Shown here in pieces: positions 26,272 through 34,825 of a DNA stretch of 53,888 bases. The notes beneath the pieces were generated by a model. It was not told where the DNA came from. It was given only the letters and a program-made list of their open reading frames with translations, and did not search any database. Within the stretch, counting starts at the first letter, position 1, and every line of letters begins with the position of its first letter. Location of the stretch: IMG/VR virus record IMGVR_UViG_3300030108_000869, positions 1 to 53,888 of that record. One strand, written 5' to 3'. The position numbers and the translations under genes are program-made. This stretch comes from a virus. Its lineage: Duplodnaviria; Caudoviricetes.

Positions 26272-27804
26272 TTATAGTTTTACCTCGAGCATTAAAACAT
26301 TTCCACTACCACCAAAATTATAACTACCACTAACACTACCAGTTGCAGTATAAGTTGCACCTTTTGTTAATGTTTCTGATTTTTTTGTAGCAGAATTTTG
26401 TTTATTTCTATTACTATTTGCCAAAGAAACTCCAACATTTAAAGTTGTAATACCAGATCCACTTACTGTTAAACTATTAGAAACAGTAGAATTATTACTA
26501 CTACCATCATCTTGCTCATCAGAACTACCTGTAGTAGCACTAACATTAGCAATAATAACTAAAAATGTACTAAAGTTATCATTATTAGTAGCTGTAAGAG
26601 TAGCAAATGCAGTTGAATTACCACTATAAGCACCTTGAACAACCTGCATTATAACACCAAAGTTAACGTTAGTAGCTGTAAGGTTTCCTGTAGTTATCTT
26701 ATCCGCATTAATGTTTGCGGCAGAAATACTTGTTGAATCAATTCTATCTGATGAAATAGTTCCTGAACTTATTTTATCAGCAGCTATAGTTGCTGAAGTT
26801 AAGTCACCTGCTACAAGGCTTCCAGCTACAGTTGAATTACCTCTAATATTAACATTATTAAAGTCAGCATTACCAGATCTATCTATTTGCCAACCTGCTA
26901 AACTACCTGCTTGATCACTATAGTTATCTGATTGCAATACAGAACCTATAGGTATAAATCCTTCTACAGTTCCAAATGTTATTATTTGTCCTGGAGCATT
27001 ACCTGTTTCATTAGTAACTTCTAAAGTTTCTACATGAAAACTTACTTGCCAATGCTTTTTATTAATACTATTTGCACCGCTCATAGCAACAGTAATAGGA
27101 ACATACTGCCAACCTAAAGTTGATAAAGCCGCACTATTTCCTAAAGTAAAGGTACCTGAATCATAATCATATCCGACTATTACAGCACTTGTTGCAGTAC
27201 CAGATGTATCTACCGATGGTGCTGAAGGTTTATCAGCATCTGTAGCTGCTACATTATAATATAATATACCAGTAGCTACTGCACCACCATATAATAATTT
27301 AGGATCACTCCATTTAGCAGTAACTTGTTCACCAGTTGTTCCTATTATTCTAGCCTCGCAAAACCATATATTAGTACCAGATCTATTTAATTTAGTTTTA
27401 TCCCAAAATTGGGATGCAGTCCAACTTCCATCACTTACAGTATATTGCACTGAACCCGGATTATCCGGTCTATTTTGAGTTTCTCTATATTGTTTTATTA
27501 CAAAATTTACTGGCTTATTTGAATATTCTGCAAAAGTAACTCCAACTAAAGGTAATGTAGGATACGCATCTGTATATGGAACATAGGCTACATAACCATT
27601 AGCTTCTTCAAATGGTGTAAACTGTTGACCTTTACCCTCTAGTGTTCTAGCGTATACAGCAACTAAAGATGGAGAAGTATTTACAGATTCATTTATATTA
27701 TCTATTTGATGTTGCATTCTATTAGTAGCTTCAGTAACTGATTTTTCCCAAGCTAATGTAGCAGTATCTTTATTAGGATCTAATGAAGGTTCATTAATTG
27801 TCAT
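26272..27804 (-). CDS. tail fibre/spike protein
   Basis: QSDNY..GWQIDRSGNADFNNVNIRG, IxADKIxxG repeats; start revised to MTINEP (GGAGG RBS). Confidence 0.7.
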   Translation of the reverse strand: MTINEPSLDPNKDTATLAWEKSVTEATNRMQHQIDNINESVNTSPSLVAVYARTLEGKGQQFTPFEEANGYVAYVPYTDAYPTLPLVGVTFAEYSNKPVNFVIKQYRETQNRPDNPGSVQYTVSDGSWTASQFWDKTKLNRSGTNIWFCEARIIGTTGEQVTAKWSDPKLLYGGAVATGILYYNVAATDADKPSAPSVDTSGTATSAVIVGYDYDSGTFTLGNSAALSTLGWQYVPITVAMSGANSINKKHWQVSFHVETLEVTNETGNAPGQIITFGTVEGFIPIGSVLQSDNYSDQAGSLAGWQIDRSGNADFNNVNIRGNSTVAGSLVAGDLTSATIAADKISSGTISSDRIDSTSISAANINADKITTGNLTATNVNFGVIMQVVQGAYSGNSTAFATLTATNNDNFSTFLVIIANVSATTGSSDEQDDGSSNNSTVSNSLTVSGSGITTLNVGVSLANSNRNKQNSATKKSETLTKGATYTATGSVSGSYNFGGSGNVLMLEVKL

Positions 27805-29987
27805 CTTGTTCCTCCGTCTTGAACTTCTATTTGAATACCTGATAAATTCCATGATGTTGATGTAGTTGTACCGTCATCTATTTTATAACTTATAAATCTA
27901 CCATTTAATCTAGCATCAGATTTATATGAAGTAGCTACATTAAATGTATTTGTGTTAGTAGAAGAACTTGTAAAATCTATTGTAGCTCCTGGGCTATTAC
28001 TTGAAATTGTTTTAACATTTAATGTACCAGTACCTTGAGTTAATAAAGCTATTGAGCTAAATGCTTCTGTATAAAACTCAGGTGTTATTGATAAGTTTTT
28101 ACGTTCTAAGAAAGAAGTATAAGGATCATCAGTATTATCTAATACTCTATGTGTATAACCTATATCCGCTGCTAAGATAGAAGAACCAGAGTTACTTGTT
28201 CCTGATGTACATACTTGTGCAAACACTGGAAATAATTTATCAAAGCTAACTGTAGTGTCACTCCAAGGTCTTTCAGCATTTACCGCTCCTTTAACGGGTG
28301 CTATAACACCAGATACAATTCCATTTAAATCTCTCACTGTCCAATTATTTAATCTATAATTATATATTAATGCTTCATTACAAACTGTGCTACTATTATT
28401 AATAGTGCCATTATCATTGTATGTAATTTTAGGATAGTTAATCCATATTTCATCTTCTTTTTGATTACGTAATATAAATAATTTATTAGCTTTAGCATTG
28501 TTTAAATGTTTATAAAAATAATCTCTAACTTTTGTATCAGCTATAGAAGTTATATTACCAGGATTTCCTGAAAATAAATATATATCATTACTACCTACAA
28601 CTAAATGTTTACCATTAAACTCTACAACACCAGCAGTTGTTTGTGCACCATACTGTGAAGTAACTGGTGAAAATGCAACAGGCGTTACAATACTATTAGT
28701 TAATCTTAAATTATGAATAGATGTATTTGTATAGATATACATATTACCTTGAAGCTGTACTAAGTCTTGTACAGTTGCAGTATCTGATAATGTAAATTCA
28801 TCTGCAGTATTTGTTCCTGCTGCAAATGGATTCCAGTTTTGTGGTACTGAACCTGGTACCGCTACATCTGAAGTTCTTACAACTCCTGGTAAGCTACGTA
28901 CAACTCCAGCAGTTGTAGTTTCTTTTAAATTACCTGCAACTAAAAAGTTACCAAAAGATCTTATAACACCACAGCTAGTAGCTATAGGATTTCTTGATAT
29001 AACAAAACATCTTACAATATCATCTTGTAGTATATTAACATTAAAAATAATATTAGTAGTATTAGTTTCAGGGTTATGATATATACCGTATTGAAAATTA
29101 TTATTATCAGCGCCAGTAGGATTAGTTGCAGGACTTGCTGGTACATCTCCTGGTACAAAGTTAGCTGCATTAGGTGTATTACTTCCCGCATTAGTTGCCG
29201 CAGATATTGGAGCACACTCAGTTGTACTTTGATTTGGACTTTGTTTAGTTACAAATAAAGTGTTCTTAGTAAAATCTATTTTTTGTCCTAAATCAAATAG
29301 TAAAGGATTTTCTGGTGTAACTCCCGTATCACCAAATGCTAATTGAACAGTAGCTTCTAACACTTTAGGTGCTGAGTTATATGATTCCCATCCTGGTAAT
29401 TTAGCAAAGTTAGGTACACTACCAATAGCAGTATTATCGGTAGTATCCATTATATAATGTGGTGCTTGTATACCATTGTTTACTATTAAACAAAAGCCTC
29501 CGGCAAATTCAGTTGCTTGCCAATTACCTTTATCTTCACCTGAAGTAGTATACCCAGCATCAAATCCTGCATCAGTATAAGATGTACTATTAACAGTTCT
29601 ACTAAATGAAGGTGTTACATCGTTTATAGTACCATCAGTTCTATAAAGAAATGTACGATGACCTACTACTACACTTCCATGTTTTTGCTCAATAACAAAT
29701 ACATAATAAGTAGTATTGGATGGCACTAAATTAGGATTATTCCACCATGTTATAAATACTATTTGACCAGCAGTATATGTATGAGAAGCACCACCACCAG
29801 TAGTTGGCATACTAGGATTTAAATCAGGTGTTAATGCTACATCACCTTTCATTTTATGTGCAGCCATATCTCTGAATCTTATATTTCTGGCATCAGTAAA
29901 TACATTAGGCGCTAACCCAACTGTTGGTGTATCTTTAACTACACCAAATTGTGGTAAGTTATTAATAGGTACAACTTTATTTGCCAT
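27801..29987 (-). CDS. tail nozzle/tubular protein B-like
   Basis: 728 aa beta-rich; WNPFAAGTNTADEF, ARLNGRFISYKI; position. Confidence 0.7.
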   Translation of the reverse strand: MANKVVPINNLPQFGVVKDTPTVGLAPNVFTDARNIRFRDMAAHKMKGDVALTPDLNPSMPTTGGGASHTYTAGQIVFITWWNNPNLVPSNTTYYVFVIEQKHGSVVVGHRTFLYRTDGTINDVTPSFSRTVNSTSYTDAGFDAGYTTSGEDKGNWQATEFAGGFCLIVNNGIQAPHYIMDTTDNTAIGSVPNFAKLPGWESYNSAPKVLEATVQLAFGDTGVTPENPLLFDLGQKIDFTKNTLFVTKQSPNQSTTECAPISAATNAGSNTPNAANFVPGDVPASPATNPTGADNNNFQYGIYHNPETNTTNIIFNVNILQDDIVRCFVISRNPIATSCGVIRSFGNFLVAGNLKETTTAGVVRSLPGVVRTSDVAVPGSVPQNWNPFAAGTNTADEFTLSDTATVQDLVQLQGNMYIYTNTSIHNLRLTNSIVTPVAFSPVTSQYGAQTTAGVVEFNGKHLVVGSNDIYLFSGNPGNITSIADTKVRDYFYKHLNNAKANKLFILRNQKEDEIWINYPKITYNDNGTINNSSTVCNEALIYNYRLNNWTVRDLNGIVSGVIAPVKGAVNAERPWSDTTVSFDKLFPVFAQVCTSGTSNSGSSILAADIGYTHRVLDNTDDPYTSFLERKNLSITPEFYTEAFSSIALLTQGTGTLNVKTISSNSPGATIDFTSSSTNTNTFNVATSYKSDARLNGRFISYKIDDGTTTSTSWNLSGIQIEVQDGGTR

Positions 29988-29997
29988 TTAATTCTCC

Positions 29998-31767
29998 TTA
30001 AGCACATTCCTTTTGACCAGTCTGCGGATCTATAAAACAAGCCTCAACTTGCTCCTCTTCTTTAACTGTCTCAAGCGCATTTGCGTTCTTCTCTTTTTCT
30101 TCCACGGTTTGAAGGACTCCGAATCGTTTACCACTAAGTCTAAACGTGGTACATCCTTTCGCCCCGCCTTTCCAGGCATCAACATAAACTTGTTTGAAAT
30201 CTTCATATGTAACTTCATCACCTACATTACAGGTTTTTGAACACGCACTATCTATATAGTTTTGTGCCAATAATAGTACAGCCAAATGCTCATTAACATT
30301 TATATCATTGGCTCCACGTCCTTCGATTCCTTTATTGTAAGCATAATCTTTTACTCTCTCTGTCTTAGGCCCTTCAAAAGTTTGTATAGTTCTATCATAG
30401 TAATGACTAAATACAGGTTCAATACCTCCACTAACATTATCAGCAACTAAACTAATAGTACCTGTTGGTGCTATTGAAGTTAAGTGACTATTACGAATTC
30501 CATATTCTCTAATTAATTTTTTAACTGAAGCTGGTAATCCTCGAACAAAGTTTGATTTTAAATAATCTTCTCTATATAATGGGAAGGCACCCTTTTCTTT
30601 TGCTAATAATGCGGATGCTTTATATGTAGTATCACGTAAACATGCAAATACTTTTTCAGCCCATATCATAAAATCTTCAGAAGCATATGGCTTACCAAGT
30701 AATTCACCAGCATTTGCTAAGCCAGTAACACCTAAGCCCATTCTTCTTTTATCTTTAGCTTCGTCAGCTTGTTTCTTTAATGGATAAATTGTTCTATCAA
30801 TAACATTATCCATAGCTCTTACTACTTCGTATATATCTGATTTAAATCTTTTGAAATCAAATTCAAAATGTGATTCAGCTACTTCACCACCTGCAATTTG
30901 TTCTTCATCTAAGTACTTTGTTAAATTAAATGAACCTAGTAAGCACGCGCCATATGGTGGTAGCGGTTGCTCACCACACGGATTTGTAGCAAATATATCT
31001 TCACAGTAATAAAGGTTATTCATTTCACCTATACGATCAATAAATAAAACACCAGGCTCAGCCCAGTCCCAAGTGCTATCCATGATTTTATCCCAAAGGT
31101 CTCTTGCGCATATCGTTCTGTATGGCTTTCCCTGGAATTCCAACGTAAAGCTGCTATCCAAATCATTAGTCAATGCCTCCATAAATTTATCAGTTATACC
31201 AACACTAATATTAAAACCAGTAAGCTTATCAGAATTACGTTTAGCCATAATGAATTCTTCAATATCCGGATGGTCGACTCTGAGGACACCCATCTGCGCC
31301 CCACGTCTGTGTCCTGAGCTAGCGATGGTTTGACACACAGCATCAAAGATACCCATGAAGGAAACAGGGCCGCTAGCCTGGCTATCGAGCGATTTAATTT
31401 TGTCACCTCTTGGTCGGATGCGACTAAAATCATAACCAATCCCACCCCCTCTACGCATTGTTTCAGCAGCTTCACTGGCCTTCTCCATTATACTGTTCAT
31501 GTTATCCTCGATTACTCCTGACACGAAACAGTTATATGCAGTTGTAATTCTATTAGATCCTATAGCAGCTTGTACTCTACCTGCTGGTAAGAATCTCATA
31601 TTGCCTAATATATCTTCTAGCTTATACCGATGTTCATCATCATCTGATAAAGTTCTTGATATTCTTTTAATTTTTTCATCAAAGCTTTCGTCTTTTTGTC
31701 TATATTTCATTTCATCTATTTCTTTTGATATAGATGATTCTGGTCCTAAATATTCTGTATTATGCAT
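29998..31767 (-). CDS. nrdJ: class II (B12-dependent) ribonucleotide reductase
   Basis: FLPAGRV, NCF, TNPCGEQPL, IAPTGTIS, C-terminal Cys pair; no beta subunit nearby. Confidence 0.9.
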   Translation of the reverse strand: MHNTEYLGPESSISKEIDEMKYRQKDESFDEKIKRISRTLSDDDEHRYKLEDILGNMRFLPAGRVQAAIGSNRITTAYNCFVSGVIEDNMNSIMEKASEAAETMRRGGGIGYDFSRIRPRGDKIKSLDSQASGPVSFMGIFDAVCQTIASSGHRRGAQMGVLRVDHPDIEEFIMAKRNSDKLTGFNISVGITDKFMEALTNDLDSSFTLEFQGKPYRTICARDLWDKIMDSTWDWAEPGVLFIDRIGEMNNLYYCEDIFATNPCGEQPLPPYGACLLGSFNLTKYLDEEQIAGGEVAESHFEFDFKRFKSDIYEVVRAMDNVIDRTIYPLKKQADEAKDKRRMGLGVTGLANAGELLGKPYASEDFMIWAEKVFACLRDTTYKASALLAKEKGAFPLYREDYLKSNFVRGLPASVKKLIREYGIRNSHLTSIAPTGTISLVADNVSGGIEPVFSHYYDRTIQTFEGPKTERVKDYAYNKGIEGRGANDINVNEHLAVLLLAQNYIDSACSKTCNVGDEVTYEDFKQVYVDAWKGGAKGCTTFRLSGKRFGVLQTVEEKEKNANALETVKEEEQVEACFIDPQTGQKECA

Positions 31768-31790
31768 TATTGCACCCCCTAAAATTACGA

Positions 31791-31808
31791 TGTTATAGGG
31801 GACATTTA
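31791..31808 (-). promoter_or_regulatory. phage RNAP (late) promoter candidate TAAATGTCCCCTATAACA
   Basis: third copy of the motif, upstream of the nrdJ RBS. Confidence 0.7.
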
Positions 31809-32228
31809 ATTATCTTTCATTTTACCGATTTTATCAACTAATACATTAATTTGAGCTTCTAATGCACGCTCTTCTGGACGCTTCTTTCTAGCACCTAAGT
31901 AACCAGCTAATATCCATAGTACTCCAATAACTACAGCTATACCAATCATATACTGCATGAAGTTTGCAATAGCGAAAGACATTAGTTCGTAAAACGAATT
32001 TATCTGTCCATCTTCACCACCGTAATCGGCAGCACTTAAAGGCGCATCATCCACTGCTATGCTTCCAGCCAGGGCACCACCCGCAGTCACACCTGCAACT
32101 ATCGCAGGACTTGACGTCATCAGACTTGCAACAGCCGCAGCGCCAGAAGCGCCAGCACCCGTAACAATATCTGAAAAATCTGTTCGGCAACCCGCTAATA
32201 ATAATATAGGCAGTATTAAATACCTCAT
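31806..32228 (-). CDS. lipoprotein with C-terminal TM helix (u-spanin-like topology)
   Basis: lipobox LLAGC; TM MIGIAVVIGVLWILAGYLG followed by ARKKR. Confidence 0.55.
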   Translation of the reverse strand: MRYLILPILLLAGCRTDFSDIVTGAGASGAAAVASLMTSSPAIVAGVTAGGALAGSIAVDDAPLSAADYGGEDGQINSFYELMSFAIANFMQYMIGIAVVIGVLWILAGYLGARKKRPEERALEAQINVLVDKIGKMKDN

Positions 32229-32479
32229 AAAGTTTTCTCCTTATCATCTTTCCTCCTCTCTTTAAATTTACATTGTTCTCTCATAGTTAACTGTGGTTGA
32301 AACTTTTCTTTTACGTTAGTACTATTACAATTATCTATAAACATCATCAATGCTTTAAATGCAAATCCTTGAAATATTAATTTATTATTGTTATAAAATT
32401 TTCCTCGATCTCTATTTATTTCTAGTTTATATTGTTTATGTGCATATTTCAAAGTATTCCTCGTTGTACAAACATCCAT
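32225..32479 (-). CDS. hypothetical protein
   Basis: 84 aa ORF, start uncertain. Confidence 0.5.
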   Translation of the reverse strand: MDVCTTRNTLKYAHKQYKLEINRDRGKFYNNNKLIFQGFAFKALMMFIDNCNSTNVKEKFQPQLTMREQCKFKERRKDDKEKTL

Positions 32480-32925
32480 AAAGTCCCTACGATGGACCCT
32501 ACAAATACGATTCCTAATAATATGATTCCTACTACTTGAATCATATTTCTACGTAGCTCAGCTTGTTTATATAAGGTTTCTTGTCGTTCTTTACGAATTT
32601 TAGCTTGCATTTTTAAAAGATCACTCCATGCATTTGGACCATGTACCATATTAATCCATGTACGTAATTCTTCTTCCATAGCTTCTGCTTTCTTTTTAGC
32701 TGCAAACGCATCCATAGCTTCTTGTTCTACACTACTCCCTGCAAATAATTTTTTAAATAAAGGTGGATTTTTAGACATCTTAGCTGCATGATTTACATCA
32801 GAGACTGCTCCCATCCATCTTCCTATATCGCCGTACATTGACTCGACATCTTTTCCCATTTGGAAGCCCTTCTTAATTAACGTGAAGGCGGTTGAGGCCG
32901 TCGCGAGAGCTGTTACAGGATCCAT
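32449..32925 (-). CDS. membrane-anchored phage protein
   Basis: MDPVTALATAS start, coiled coil, C-terminal TM. Confidence 0.75.
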   Translation of the reverse strand: MDPVTALATASTAFTLIKKGFQMGKDVESMYGDIGRWMGAVSDVNHAAKMSKNPPLFKKLFAGSSVEQEAMDAFAAKKKAEAMEEELRTWINMVHGPNAWSDLLKMQAKIRKERQETLYKQAELRRNMIQVVGIILLGIVFVGSIVGTLWMFVQRGIL

Positions 32926-32938
32926 ATATTATACCTCT

Positions 32939-33115
32939 CTATTCTTTTTTCCTCGGTATACAATATGCTTTCACATATATTTTGTCCCCTGCTATTCTTT
33001 GATTGTGATTTTGTTGTGCAACTTTTCGAGAATATTCTAAACAAGTGTCTAAGTTATTAAAATATACGGGCTCTTGTTCTTTACTCGCTAAGAATACAAT
33101 CAGCACCCATAACAT
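32939..33115 (-). CDS. 58 aa secreted-type protein with two Cys
   Basis: read manually: MLWVLIVFL..C..YCIP; coupled to upstream stop. Confidence 0.6.
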   Translation of the reverse strand: MLWVLIVFLASKEQEPVYFNNLDTCLEYSRKVAQQNHNQRIAGDKIYVKAYCIPRKKE

Positions 33116-33345
33116 TACTTCATCCAGCCTGAAGCTAAATTACTTAGTACTCCTATTGAACCTGCTAATCCCATCATTAACCAGAAGGCGCCTCTCCAAC
33201 GGTTAGCGGTAGCTTTTAAATCTTTAACGCTGTCTCGCATTTCTTTCATGTCTTCTTGCATAGCTTCAACTCTTTCTTCTAGCCTAGCTAAAGCAATCTC
33301 TAATTTTTGTTCTTGTGACATTTTAGTCTCCGTTGAAAGTTTCAT
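33115..33345 (-). CDS. holin-like protein (coiled coil plus C-terminal TM)
   Basis: LARLEERV..WRGAFWLMMGLAGSIG. Confidence 0.55.
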   Translation of the reverse strand: MKLSTETKMSQEQKLEIALARLEERVEAMQEDMKEMRDSVKDLKATANRWRGAFWLMMGLAGSIGVLSNLASGWMK

Positions 33346-33614
33346 TTCGTTTTGTCATTTAATTTATTGTATAAAGTAAATAATGACTCTACTTTCTTTT
33401 CAGCTTCTTTTACAGAACTTTCAGTTCTAACTGAACTAACAAAATTATCTTGTATTTTTTTATTAGCTGCTTCACAATCATCATTTAATTTATCAACATC
33501 TTTTCTTAATGAAGTAACTTCTGTTTGTAATCTTACCGCTACAACTAAAGCACCTAAAAAGAAAATTAATTGTTCCCAGTATTGTAACAAACCATCCATA
33601 TTATTTAACTCCAT
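33342..33614 (-). CDS. N-terminal TM plus coiled-coil protein
   Basis: LIFFLGALVVAV then heptads; start probably MDGLL. Confidence 0.6.
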   Translation of the reverse strand: MELNNMDGLLQYWEQLIFFLGALVVAVRLQTEVTSLRKDVDKLNDDCEAANKKIQDNFVSSVRTESSVKEAEKKVESLFTLYNKLNDKTK

Positions 33615-33886
33615 TCAGAAGTAGCTAATATATTAGTCATCTCATCAGAAGTATATGGTCCTTCCGAATTTTCAATATTAGAAATAAAAGATGGATCTGA
33701 ATCACTTTCCCACTTTATAAATGTTTTAGTATTATCATTATTATATTGTAAAGAATTTAAAAAAGAATTCCATATACTAGTATTATCACTCATAGTACCA
33801 TATTCAAAAAAAGAAAGTTCATTTAAGTTTAATATATGATTTTCTTTATCAATTTCTGATTTAGGTATAATTAAATATTTAGCCAT
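33605..33886 (-). CDS. tail fibre-associated protein
   Basis: NNDNTKTFIKW..PSFI..GPYT..ILATSEW pattern. Confidence 0.65.
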   Translation of the reverse strand: MAKYLIIPKSEIDKENHILNLNELSFFEYGTMSDNTSIWNSFLNSLQYNNDNTKTFIKWESDSDPSFISNIENSEGPYTSDEMTNILATSEWS

Positions 33887-34821
33887 TATTTAAACCCCCT
33901 AGTAAAGCCAATAGCTACAGCACCATTACTTGCAGTATTGCCACTAAAATAACCGTATATATTTTGTGACATAGTTCCTGAAGCAAAACGATAATAACTA
34001 GCATTTCTTTCATTAGTTCCATGATCTCCTGCACCCATAAGAGTATATGCTCCTTCCATAGATCCTTTATACCAAGTCCAGTTATTAGTTGAGTTACTTG
34101 TATTATTTAATGCTAATTTAAGAAAATGCGTATATCCTGTAGGAAAATTAGTTGTTCCTACTTGATTGCTAGTGTTAGCCAGAGTTCTAGAGCTAGTACT
34201 ATAAGTAGTACCAACACCCTTAAAAGTACCACCTACATCATTAACGTCATCAAATATTAAAATTGAATAAGATCCATCTCCTCCATAAGTATTAACAGGA
34301 AAACTAACGCTAATAGTTTTACTTCCAGTACCAACATCCATGGTTTTTTCAAAAACACCTGTTACATTATAAGCAGAATAGCCTGCATTATTAGTAACAT
34401 AATCCATAGTAGTTCCATCAAATGAAAGAGTACAAGCATTTAACCAAGTGGCAGGATTATAACTTGAACCAAGACTTAAGGGTCTATAAGAAAAAGCAAT
34501 AATAACATGTCTTTTACCGCTTGTTACAGTAGCATTTTGAACAGTATAATTTAAACTATAACTAGTTCGATATACATTACTACTCCAAGTATCATTAAGA
34601 TAACCTGTTTCTGTTAATGCAACAGAAGCCGATCCTCCGCCTCCTCCTCCTCCAGAACCGCTTGCTCCATACCATTCATTAAAAGACATTTGTGTTCCAG
34701 CACTTTTACTAATAAGCGCTCTAACATCTGCATCATTTATTCCTACAGTAGTCCCTGAAGAACCCCCAGCTTCAATATGAATTTGATTTAAAGATAAAGC
34801 TCCTGATGATGGAAGTGTCAT
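33886..34821 (-). CDS. tail fibre tip/receptor-binding accessory protein
   Basis: MTLPSSGALSLNQI..SFNEWYG anchor, poly-Gly linker, beta-rich domain. Confidence 0.7.
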   Translation of the reverse strand: MTLPSSGALSLNQIHIEAGGSSGTTVGINDADVRALISKSAGTQMSFNEWYGASGSGGGGGGGSASVALTETGYLNDTWSSNVYRTSYSLNYTVQNATVTSGKRHVIIAFSYRPLSLGSSYNPATWLNACTLSFDGTTMDYVTNNAGYSAYNVTGVFEKTMDVGTGSKTISVSFPVNTYGGDGSYSILIFDDVNDVGGTFKGVGTTYSTSSRTLANTSNQVGTTNFPTGYTHFLKLALNNTSNSTNNWTWYKGSMEGAYTLMGAGDHGTNERNASYYRFASGTMSQNIYGYFSGNTASNGAVAIGFTRGFK

Positions 34822-34825
34822 TGTT

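Noticed and set aside
5576-31767. Inteins or introns in polA, helicase, RNAP or nrdJ
   Set aside because: ORFs are uninterrupted and of normal or short length, with no splice motifs or homing endonucleases seen
32020-32200. GC-rich island in the lipoprotein gene
   Set aside because: Largely explained by Gly/Ala-rich coding
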